Assembly: GCA_041562555.1 (NCBI GenBank)
Contig: JBFEXS010000011.1
Location: 1 to 34,267, forward strand
DNA length: 34,267 bases
Source of the DNA: Sulfurimonadaceae bacterium
GTDB lineage: Bacteria > Campylobacterota > Campylobacteria > Campylobacterales > Sulfurimonadaceae
Reading direction: 5' to 3'
The notes beneath the pieces were generated by a model. That model made no database searches, was not told the origin of the DNA, and saw only the letters and a list, made by a program, of their open reading frames with translations. The position numbers and the translations under genes were made by a program. This document shows positions 9,594-17,690 of the stretch, piece by piece (positions within the stretch are counted from its first letter, which is position 1; the number at the start of each line of letters is the position of its first letter).

Positions 9594-10154
9594 ATGCTTG
9601 AAGATAAACAGCGATGGAATGAAAAGTATATGAACAAATGTCCGATGCCCGACTGGCCATCGGAACTGTTAGTCGAGAATATCGGTTTGGCAAAGCCGGG
9701 AAGAGCATTGGATATTGCCTGTGGCACGGGAAGAAACACCCATTTCATGGCGGACAAGGGCTTTGTCGTCGATGCTGTTGACCTTTCGGATTATGCTCTT
9801 TCGCAAGTACGGGATGATACGGCTATCAATAAAATCGATGCAGATTTGGATGATTACTCTTTACCGGAGGACAGCTATGATCTGATCGTAAAGTTCAACT
9901 TCCTGGATCGCAATCTCTTCTCTCAGATTATCAAGGCCTTGAAAAAAGACGGGGTGTTTATCTATGAAACCTTTGTAAAGACGCCAACAGGTGAGGGATA
10001 TCATAATCCGACAAACCCTGATTTTCATCTGGACAGGGATGAAGTGCCCAAAGTCTTTTCCGAGCTTGAACTGATCTTTTATGAAGAGAGGGATACGATT
10101 AATCTGCGGGATGAGAAAGTCAGGGTCGCCTCATACGTCGGCAGAAAGTCCTAG
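9594..10154 (+). CDS. Class I SAM-dependent methyltransferase, TehB (tellurite resistance)-like
   Basis: RWNEKY, GRALDIACGTGRN, AVDLSDYAL, NFLDR, NPDFHL; RBS GAGGAG upstream. Confidence 0.85.
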   Translation: MLEDKQRWNEKYMNKCPMPDWPSELLVENIGLAKPGRALDIACGTGRNTHFMADKGFVVDAVDLSDYALSQVRDDTAINKIDADLDDYSLPEDSYDLIVKFNFLDRNLFSQIIKALKKDGVFIYETFVKTPTGEGYHNPTNPDFHLDRDEVPKVFSELELIFYEERDTINLRDEKVRVASYVGRKS

Positions 10155-10160
10155 CAGTGA

Positions 10161-11519
10161 TCAACGGGTCGAAAAGCTGTATAAAAACTGTAAAAAGAGT
10201 TTCGAAGCATTCTTTTGCGAAATATCGTTCTTTGTGATAAAGTCACCGGCATTCAGATAGGTATAGATTCCCAATAGTTTCAGATCCTTATTCATCGTAT
10301 ACTTCAGAATAAGATCGTATTCGTCCCCAATTTCCTTGTAGCTGTTTCCCGGTTGATTCTTGTATCCGAAGGTATACCATTTGTCGCTTGCTTGGGCTAA
10401 GCTGAAGTGATGGTAGGCCGTCTCAACAAAGAGCTTGGGTATGGGCTTGAATGAGAGTGTTGCCTGATAGTCTTGCATATTTGCCCAGATCATGATGTCC
10501 ATCCGTCCATAATGTAAACCGTCATTCGCACCAAAGGGGGCTGAGAAGGTCTGTTTACGCATATCATTCGGGTTCTCATCCCCTGTTGCATAGATAGAAC
10601 CCAGAGTGAATCTTGTTTGATAACTGTTTTCCCATTGATAGCCCAGTTTAGCGGCATAGGCATAGGCGTCTATATCCAGGCTTCCATATGTCCCCGTGGC
10701 ATCTACCGCGGTCACATCATAGATAACACCTGCCGAGTCATCATAGAGTCGGGCTCCATAGTAATAGGCGTTTTCATCCGGGACCTCTGTGTGGTAGAGG
10801 GTGTTCCTATAGGCCATGAACGGCTCTATGCGAAGTTTTGAACTCTCAAAGTGGCTGTAAAGTCCCACCCCCTGATAGCGGTGTTTTTGAAGGATACTAA
10901 AGTCGTCGGGTTCTTTAATACGTGTCTGTCCATACCAAAGGTCGACAAAGTTTTGCTTCTTTGCATAGGAGAGGTGTGCAGCATCCCAAAGCCACCCCAT
11001 GGTGTTTCCCCACTTGCCCGGTCCAAAGATACGTCTGTCACCGTAACCTAGCTGCTGGCGGCCGATGGTCAGTGTGAGATCCTCTGTTAAGAAACCATCT
11101 TTTTTGATATAGGTCTCAAATAGCTCATGATGATCGTCATAATAGGACATCGTATATTCATCCTGGGTAGACCTGTTTTTTATAAAATCATTCGCATCCA
11201 AAGAAGAGCCCCATGACCTGGAGTCATACATAGAAGCTTTGAAACTCCATAAATCGGATGGAAAATAACTTATCCCTGCAATGATCTGTTGTAGATAAAT
11301 GACATCGTCGGGATCTCCGCTGATCTCTCCTTTTGCATTGATAGCGTCTTCTCCATAGGAGACCTTGTTGATACCATCATAGATGTCAAAGCGACCTCTG
11401 TATTGAGCATTGAAAAAGAGGGATTGTTCATCGGTCAGTTGGACAGGTACAGGAGTTGTAAACTCCTGCTCGGCATATAAAAATACAGAGAAGATAAAAA
11501 GAAGAAAAGACTTCGGCAT
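10161..11519 (-). CDS. Alginate export (AlgE-like) family outer-membrane beta-barrel protein
   Basis: Signal peptide; LTIGRQQLGYGDRRIFG...WDAAHL, YATGDENPND, EIGDEYDL, and terminal amphipathic strand FLQFLYSF. Its start overlaps the upstream gene's stop (TAATG). Confidence 0.8.
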   Translation of the reverse strand: MPKSFLLFIFSVFLYAEQEFTTPVPVQLTDEQSLFFNAQYRGRFDIYDGINKVSYGEDAINAKGEISGDPDDVIYLQQIIAGISYFPSDLWSFKASMYDSRSWGSSLDANDFIKNRSTQDEYTMSYYDDHHELFETYIKKDGFLTEDLTLTIGRQQLGYGDRRIFGPGKWGNTMGWLWDAAHLSYAKKQNFVDLWYGQTRIKEPDDFSILQKHRYQGVGLYSHFESSKLRIEPFMAYRNTLYHTEVPDENAYYYGARLYDDSAGVIYDVTAVDATGTYGSLDIDAYAYAAKLGYQWENSYQTRFTLGSIYATGDENPNDMRKQTFSAPFGANDGLHYGRMDIMIWANMQDYQATLSFKPIPKLFVETAYHHFSLAQASDKWYTFGYKNQPGNSYKEIGDEYDLILKYTMNKDLKLLGIYTYLNAGDFITKNDISQKNASKLFLQFLYSFSTR

Positions 11520-11914
11520 TATTTGCTTAAGTCATCTGCTTTGTGTAATATCTTTAGGAAGAAAGGTGCCGTTTTACCACCGATAAGGGTGTCCGTGCTT
11601 TTTGTTCCGTCACTTTTCAAAAAATGAAAGACGGGAGTGACATCAACCTGAAGTTCCTTAGGTGCGTCATTCGTATGAATGTCTGCGGAAACAGAGATAA
11701 AGTGTGTATTGAGGTAACTAACAACAGCTTCGTCTGTAAAGACGTTCTCTTTCATATATTGGCAAGAGCCGCAACCGGGTTTGTTCATGAAGACCAGCAT
11801 AGGCTTATCTGTTCTTTTCGCTTCTGCAGCTGCTTCTTTGTAGGAGTGGAACCAATTAACGTCGGTGGCATAAAGAGAGATAGTTAACAATGTAAGTAGG
11901 AAAAATTTTAACAC
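11519..11914 (-). CDS. Exported thioredoxin-fold protein, SoxW/DsbJ-like (CGSC)
   Basis: GTG start at 11914 with AAGGAT RBS; signal peptide VLKFFLLTLLTISLYA; WFHSYKEA...KPMLVFMNKPGCGSCQYMKENVF; cis-Pro VTPVFHF. Confidence 0.85.
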   Translation of the reverse strand: MLKFFLLTLLTISLYATDVNWFHSYKEAAAEAKRTDKPMLVFMNKPGCGSCQYMKENVFTDEAVVSYLNTHFISVSADIHTNDAPKELQVDVTPVFHFLKSDGTKSTDTLIGGKTAPFFLKILHKADDLSK

Positions 11915-11960
11915 GGATGTATCCTTTTGATGTGTCTTGAAAGACGGGAAATGGATTGAA

Positions 11961-11969
11961 ATTATAGCA
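11961..11969 (-). promoter_or_regulatory. Extended -10 promoter (TGCTATAAT) for the thioredoxin-porin operon
   Basis: The reverse complement of attatagca is TGnTATAAT, about 47 nt upstream of GTG 11914. Confidence 0.65.
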
Positions 11970-12114
11970 CAGTAATCAACCTGATAAGTGTTTTTGTCTC
12001 CCTGTCTCACAGGAAAAGTATTGATGTCGTAAAGTGCCTTGTGTATTGGTTGGAAGTTTGTGAAAAAAATGATTTTCGTAAAGCGGAATAAAGATAAATT
12101 TAATATTTACATAA

Positions 12115-12120
12115 TATAAT
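12115..12120 (+). promoter_or_regulatory. -10 box (TATAAT) of rhodanese gene
   Basis: TATAAT in AT-rich DNA 23 nt upstream of ATG 12144, with an AAGGA RBS in between. Confidence 0.55.
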
Positions 12121-12143
12121 CGCTTTTAATAAAAGGATGGAAT

Positions 12144-12611
12144 ATGAAATTACATAAAGTTATAGCATCAACACTTCTTGCAATGGGCCTTGGCATGCCT
12201 GTGATGGCAGGGGACCCTCTGGCAAAAGAACTTCTGGAATCGGCGAAAAAATGGTCTAAAAAGATCACTCCTGCTGAGCTGAAGAAAAAGATCGATGCTG
12301 AAGAAGAGCTGTTCATGCTTGATATTCGTGAACCATACATGCGTCCGGAAGGATCAATCGAAGGACTGGAAAACGTGGAAATCCCTCGTGGTCTATTGGA
12401 GTTTGAACTTGCCGACAAGATTGAAAACAAACAAGCCCTGGTTATTGTCTATTGCCGTTCAGGCAAGGGTGCCGCACTTTCGGCAGAGATGATGACTGAA
12501 AAACTGAAGTATACGAACACCTATTATCTTGAGGGCGGATTGGATGCCTGGCTGGAAGCCGGATACAGTGTATTTAACCATCTTGGAGAGCTAAAGCTCG
12601 TCAAAGAATAA
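12144..12611 (+). CDS. Exported single-domain rhodanese-like sulfurtransferase
   Basis: Sec signal peptide; LDIREP, EIPRGLLEF, active-site loop YCRSGKGA, LEGGLDAWLEAG. Confidence 0.9.
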   Translation: MKLHKVIASTLLAMGLGMPVMAGDPLAKELLESAKKWSKKITPAELKKKIDAEEELFMLDIREPYMRPEGSIEGLENVEIPRGLLEFELADKIENKQALVIVYCRSGKGAALSAEMMTEKLKYTNTYYLEGGLDAWLEAGYSVFNHLGELKLVKE

Positions 12612-12660
12612 TTTCTATAACTACTTTTATTCTCTGAGCCTTATTAAAGAGCTCATTGGA

Positions 12661-12666
12661 TAGAAT
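12661..12666 (+). promoter_or_regulatory. Putative -10 box (TAGAAT) for a leaderless ygiQ transcript
   Basis: TAGAAT followed by 7 nt then ATG 12674; no Shine-Dalgarno. Confidence 0.45.
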
Positions 12667-12673
12667 CCCACTC

Positions 12674-14410
12674 ATGAAAAAATCTAAACACCTATATTTA
12701 CCAACAACACGTGAAGAGATGAGAGAGCGTGGCTGGAAACAGCTGGATGTGATTTTGATCTCCGGTGATGCCTATATTGACTCTCCCTATATCGGTGTGG
12801 CCGTTGTAGGGCGCATGTTGGAGAAGCTCGGATTCAAGGTCGGTATCATCGGTCAACCAGATGTCAACAGTGATGTGGATATCAAGCGTTTGGGTGAGCC
12901 AAAGCTCTATTGGGGAGTAAGTGGTGGAAGCATTGACTCCATGGTTGCTAACTATACAGCGACAAAGAAATTCAGAAAATCAGATGATTATACTCCGGGC
13001 GGTTTGAACAATAAACGTCCTGACCGGGCCGTCAATGTCTATACCAACCTGATCCGTAGGCACTTTAAGGGAACGGTCCCTATCGTTCTTGGCGGCATTG
13101 AAGCAAGTCTTCGTCGCATTACGCATTATGACTACTGGACCAATAAGTTGCGTAAACCGATTTTATTTGATTCCAAAGCGGATCTCTTGATATACGGTAT
13201 GGGTGAGAAAGCCATAGAAGAACTCAGTATTGCCCTTCGTGACGGAACAGACTACAAACATATACGCGGAGTCTGCTATATTTCCAAAGAGCCTGTGGAA
13301 GAGTACATTCAGTTACCGTCCCATGCCGAGTGTCTCGAAGACAAAGAGAAGTATATAGATATGTTTGATGACTTCTATGATAATAATGACCCGATCTCGG
13401 CAAAGGGACTGTGTGAACCGGTGGACACCCGTTACCTGATCCAAAACCCTCCCTGTGAGTATTTGAACGAGGAAGAGATGGATGCCGTCTCTGACCTTCC
13501 TTTTACACGGGAACTTCATCCCTATCACCGTCCTGAAGGCAAAGTGAAGTGTCTGGAAACAATCAAGTTCTCTATCAATACCCACCAGGGATGCTGGGGT
13601 GAATGTAACTTTTGTGCTATTGGAGTCCATCAGGGACGTACTATCCGTACCCGTTCGGAAGAGTCTATTCTTAAAGAGGTGAAGAAGTTCACCGAGTACA
13701 AAGATTTCAAGGGGATCATTTCGGATGTCGGCGGTCCTACGGCAAATATGTATGGTTATGAGTGTAATAAAAAGCTCAAACATGGTACCTGTGCCCACCA
13801 GCGTTGTGTGGATGCCAACCATCTTTGCTCGTCCATGAAAATCAATCATAAACGTAACATCGACCTTCTACGTAGAGTACGTGCCGTTGATGGAGTAAAA
13901 AAAGCCTTTGTCGCTTCAGGAATCCGTTATGATTTTATCACTGAGGACAAGGCTCATGGATACGAGTATCTTAAAGAGCTGGTAAAGCACCATATCTCGG
14001 GACAGATGAAAGTCGCTCCCGAACATACACAGCAACATGTCTTGGAATTGATGGGGAAACCGGGTAAACAGACGCTGATCGACTTTAAAAAGATGTATGA
14101 CAAATTGAATGCGGAAGAAGGGAAAAAGCAGTTTTTGACCTATTATCTGATCGCAGCCCACCCGGGGTGTGAGGAACGTGACATGCATGAGCTTAAGCGT
14201 TTCACCACGGAAGAGTTACAGATGAATCCGGAACAGGCTCAGGTCTTTACGCCTACTCCAAGTACCTATTCAGCAGTGATGTATTACACAGAGATGGACC
14301 CGGTAACACGAAAAAAGATCTTCGTCGAAAAAGATATGCATAGAAAAGAGAAGCAAAAAGCTATCGTTGTTAAAAAGGAGAGGATAGAACGAAACAAGTT
14401 TGCCGGTTAA
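12674..14410 (+). CDS. ygiQ: YgiQ family (UPF0313) radical SAM protein
   Basis: LPTTREEM...GDAYID, RPDRA, GGIEASLRR, CxxxCxxC (CWGECNFC), DVGGPTANMY, VASGIRYD, KVAPEH, YLIAAHPG, QVFTPTP. ATG 12674 preferred over TTG 12656. Confidence 0.93.
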   Translation: MKKSKHLYLPTTREEMRERGWKQLDVILISGDAYIDSPYIGVAVVGRMLEKLGFKVGIIGQPDVNSDVDIKRLGEPKLYWGVSGGSIDSMVANYTATKKFRKSDDYTPGGLNNKRPDRAVNVYTNLIRRHFKGTVPIVLGGIEASLRRITHYDYWTNKLRKPILFDSKADLLIYGMGEKAIEELSIALRDGTDYKHIRGVCYISKEPVEEYIQLPSHAECLEDKEKYIDMFDDFYDNNDPISAKGLCEPVDTRYLIQNPPCEYLNEEEMDAVSDLPFTRELHPYHRPEGKVKCLETIKFSINTHQGCWGECNFCAIGVHQGRTIRTRSEESILKEVKKFTEYKDFKGIISDVGGPTANMYGYECNKKLKHGTCAHQRCVDANHLCSSMKINHKRNIDLLRRVRAVDGVKKAFVASGIRYDFITEDKAHGYEYLKELVKHHISGQMKVAPEHTQQHVLELMGKPGKQTLIDFKKMYDKLNAEEGKKQFLTYYLIAAHPGCEERDMHELKRFTTEELQMNPEQAQVFTPTPSTYSAVMYYTEMDPVTRKKIFVEKDMHRKEKQKAIVVKKERIERNKFAG

Positions 14411-14487
14411 GTGAGAATATAGTAATAAATAAACAGTATAATCCCTTAGAGTATTAATGATTTAGTATTAATACAACTTTTGCATAT

Positions 14488-14493
14488 TATAAT
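14488..14493 (+). promoter_or_regulatory. -10 box (TATAAT) of MMPL operon
   Basis: TATAAT 26 nt upstream of ATG 14520; AAGGA RBS present. Confidence 0.5.
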
Positions 14494-14519
14494 CTATGTG
14501 AAAGTAATAAGGAAAAGAT

Positions 14520-16907
14520 ATGAACTGGCGAACACGAGCAGAGATGAGACTGGAGAAGATGGGTGCAGCCATTGCCGTCCATCCTAAGAAAACGATTTTC
14601 TTTATCCTTACCTTGAGTCTTTTTTTCATTTCCAACCTTCCTAAAATCACTATTGATACCTCGACAGAAGGTTTCTTGCATGAAAACGATCCGGCACTGA
14701 TCCGATATGAGGCATTTAAGGAGCAGTTTGGCCAGGATGAAAAGATCATGGTCGTTGTGCAAACAGATGACCTGTTTAGTTTTGAGACCTTGGATAAACT
14801 CAGACGATTACACAATGAACTTGAAAACAGGGTCCCCCATCTGAATGATATAACGTCTTTGATTAATGCTCGTAATACACGGGGTGAGGGCGACAGGTTG
14901 ATTGTTGAAGACCTTTTTGAGGTATGGCCGGAGGATGAAAAAGCCCTTGATGCTATCAAAGAGACAGCAATAAAAAGTGAGATGTATGAAAACCTTTTGC
15001 TCAGTAAGGATTTAAGACTCACGACGATCATCCTGGAACCAAACGCATATGAAGGTTCAACATCCGATAATGAGCTGGAAGGTTTCTCCGATATTGAAGA
15101 ACCAGTGCAGAATGTGAAATTTTTAAGTGATAAATCAAAATCTCAGATGGTCAGAGAGACGGATGCAATAATCAAAGAATTCAGTTCAGATGAGTTTGAG
15201 GTGTTTATTGCGGGTTCCCTGGCAGTTAACGATTATATCAAGGCCTCCATACAAAAAGATCTGCAAAAGTTTGTTAAATTGGTCCTGTTGATGATGGCAA
15301 TTTTCTTGTTTGTCGTATTCCGCCGTGTATCCGCTGTTATCCTCCCTATGTTCATCGTTGTCATATCTTTGCTGATAACCTTGGGCATAATGGCTTTATG
15401 TGAGATACCCATTACCATTCCTACACAGATTCTTCCCTCTTTTTTGTTAGCTGTCGGGATCGGGGCAACGGTGCATCTTCTGGCGATGTTCTTCAAGCAC
15501 TTTAACCAAAATGGCTCCAAGGATAAAGCAGTTGTGTTTGCCCTAGGGCATTCAGGTCTGGCGATTATCATGACCTCTTTGACAACTGCAGCAGGACTGC
15601 TGTCCTTTGCAAGTGCGGAGATTGCACCTATATCCCAACTAGGGGTTTTTGCTGCTGCAGGTGTCATGATAGCACTTATCAATACCTTAACGCTTTTACC
15701 GGCTGTTTTAGTGATTCTTCCTCTTAAACCTGCTAAGCAAAAGCAGATACAAAAGTCGACAAAGATGGATCAGTTCTTGCGCTCTGTGACGCTGTTCAGC
15801 TTACATCATGCCAAGGGGATCGTCTTTATAGGTTTTATGCTTTTTGTACTCTTTATGTACAGTGCCATAAAGTTAGAGTTTAAGCATGATGCCTTAAGCT
15901 GGCACCCGGATGATTCACCTATCAAGCAGGCGACAGCCAGAGTTGACAAAGGACTGAGAGGATCGGTAACTGTGGAAGTCATTGTTGATACAAAAAAGGA
16001 GAATGGGCTGTATAATGCAGCTCTTTTGCATAAGATTGACAGTGTAAGAAAACAAGCCGAAGAGATAAAGGATGACAACTATTTTGTCGGTAAGGGTTGG
16101 AGCATCGCTGAAGTGCTAAAAGAGATACATAGAGCCTTGCATGGAAACAATCAGGAGTATTACACGGTTACTGATGATGACAGACTCATACCGCAGGAGT
16201 TCCTGCTTTTTGAAAATAGCGGAAGTGATGATTTAGAGGATCTTGTAGATTCCAGTCTGTCCCAAACACGAATAACATTTAAACTTCCGTGGATGGAAGC
16301 AGGGGAGTATACGGAATTAAACAATAAAATCAAGAAAGTAGTTGTTGAAGAGATAGGAAAAGACGCGGAAGTCACTATTACCGGTATGGTTCCTCTTTTT
16401 CAGAGAACACTGGTCGCAGCAATGAGTTCAATGGCTATGAGTTATGTCATCGCGTTTATCATGATCTCGGCGATGATGGTCATACTGCTTGGAAGTTTTA
16501 AAGTGGGGATGGTCAGTATGATCCCAAATGTATTGCCGGTCATCATCACTTTAGGCTTTATGCATATGGCCGAAATGCCGCTTGATATGTTTACGATGCT
16601 GGTAGGGGCCATTATCATTGGACTCTCGGTAGACGACACGGTACATTTCTTTCATAATTTTGCGCGTTACCGTCATCAGGGAAAAAGTGTGGAAGCTTCT
16701 GTCGAAGAGACGATGCTTGGAACGGGACGGGCAATGGTCGCGACAACGATCGTACTTTCACTCGGCTTTTTCGTATACACCTTTGCGACATTAAATAATC
16801 TGATTAATTTCGGTATTTTAACGGGTGGAGCGATTATTGTCGCACTGTTGGCAGATATCCTGCTTGCTCCGGCATTATTAAAACTACTGAGTAAGGAAAG
16901 ACAATGA
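14520..16907 (+). CDS. MMPL / RND-family efflux transporter permease
   Basis: Two repeats of TM + large periplasmic loop + 5 TM; TSLTTAAGLLSF, GLSVDDTVHF, GTGRAMVATT; 795 aa. Confidence 0.92.
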   Translation: MNWRTRAEMRLEKMGAAIAVHPKKTIFFILTLSLFFISNLPKITIDTSTEGFLHENDPALIRYEAFKEQFGQDEKIMVVVQTDDLFSFETLDKLRRLHNELENRVPHLNDITSLINARNTRGEGDRLIVEDLFEVWPEDEKALDAIKETAIKSEMYENLLLSKDLRLTTIILEPNAYEGSTSDNELEGFSDIEEPVQNVKFLSDKSKSQMVRETDAIIKEFSSDEFEVFIAGSLAVNDYIKASIQKDLQKFVKLVLLMMAIFLFVVFRRVSAVILPMFIVVISLLITLGIMALCEIPITIPTQILPSFLLAVGIGATVHLLAMFFKHFNQNGSKDKAVVFALGHSGLAIIMTSLTTAAGLLSFASAEIAPISQLGVFAAAGVMIALINTLTLLPAVLVILPLKPAKQKQIQKSTKMDQFLRSVTLFSLHHAKGIVFIGFMLFVLFMYSAIKLEFKHDALSWHPDDSPIKQATARVDKGLRGSVTVEVIVDTKKENGLYNAALLHKIDSVRKQAEEIKDDNYFVGKGWSIAEVLKEIHRALHGNNQEYYTVTDDDRLIPQEFLLFENSGSDDLEDLVDSSLSQTRITFKLPWMEAGEYTELNNKIKKVVVEEIGKDAEVTITGMVPLFQRTLVAAMSSMAMSYVIAFIMISAMMVILLGSFKVGMVSMIPNVLPVIITLGFMHMAEMPLDMFTMLVGAIIIGLSVDDTVHFFHNFARYRHQGKSVEASVEETMLGTGRAMVATTIVLSLGFFVYTFATLNNLINFGILTGGAIIVALLADILLAPALLKLLSKERQ

Positions 16908-17686
16908 TTATAAAGATTTTATTTATGTTCTCTTTGGCATTGACACCGCTGTTGGGCATTACTGGAGTAGAGATAGCCCAGAAAGTACATGATAGAGACG
17001 AGGGTGACAATCATACTTCAAAAATGAAGATGATACTGGTGGACAAGAACGGAAACAGACGAGTCCGGGAATTAAAGACCTTTGCAAAAGAGAAGGGTGA
17101 AGATACACTGAAATTAATGTTTTTCCTCTCTCCTGCAGATGTAAAAGAGACAGGTTTTTTAACCTATGATTATGAGGACAGTTTAAAAGATGATGATCAA
17201 TGGCTCTATCTGCCCGCGCTTCAGAAAACAAAACGTATTGCTTCCTCGGATAAGAGTTCATCATTTATGGGTTCAGATTTCACTTATTCGGATATGACCT
17301 CACGGAATGTGGAAGATTATGAGTATACGATTATGAAAGAGCCTGAGATTAACGGGCATAAGACCTGGCAGATGTTGGTCGTACCCAAGACACAGAAGAT
17401 AATTGATGAGACAGGCTATACCAAATCCATCGTGTTTATCCGTCAGGATAATTTTGTGATCGTACAGGCACTTCATTATGTAAAAGCCGGAAAAAAGCTC
17501 AAGTATATGAAGGTGCTTGGACTGGAAAAGATTGATGGGATCTGGACGACGACAAAAATACAGATGGTGACCAAAAAAGGTAAAAAGACACTGCATAAAA
17601 CCATTTTGGAATTTACAGACATCAAATATAATCAGGATTTAGATGAATCATTTTTTACAACACGTACGATCGAAGGAGGTCTCTAG
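16904..17686 (+). CDS. Outer-membrane lipoprotein-sorting (LolA-like) periplasmic protein
   Basis: Signal peptide; FLSPADVKETGFL, DDDQWLYLPALQKTKRIASSDKSSSFMGSDFTYSD; ATGA overlap with the MMPL gene. Confidence 0.9.
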   Translation: MIIKILFMFSLALTPLLGITGVEIAQKVHDRDEGDNHTSKMKMILVDKNGNRRVRELKTFAKEKGEDTLKLMFFLSPADVKETGFLTYDYEDSLKDDDQWLYLPALQKTKRIASSDKSSSFMGSDFTYSDMTSRNVEDYEYTIMKEPEINGHKTWQMLVVPKTQKIIDETGYTKSIVFIRQDNFVIVQALHYVKAGKKLKYMKVLGLEKIDGIWTTTKIQMVTKKGKKTLHKTILEFTDIKYNQDLDESFFTTRTIEGGL

Positions 17687-17690
17687 GTAG

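Noticed and set aside
10161..11519. AlgE-like barrel as evidence of alginate synthesis or as a second Pel exit
   Set aside because: No alg genes are present, it is transcribed opposite to pel, and pel already encodes its own barrel.
11915..12010. N-terminal extension of the thioredoxin ORF in the ORF track
   Set aside because: It spans the gene's own -10 box; the RBS and signal peptide point to GTG 11914.
16935..16950. GG-N10-GC pattern (TGGCATTGACACCGC) as a sigma54 site
   Set aside because: Intragenic and lacks the TT before GC.
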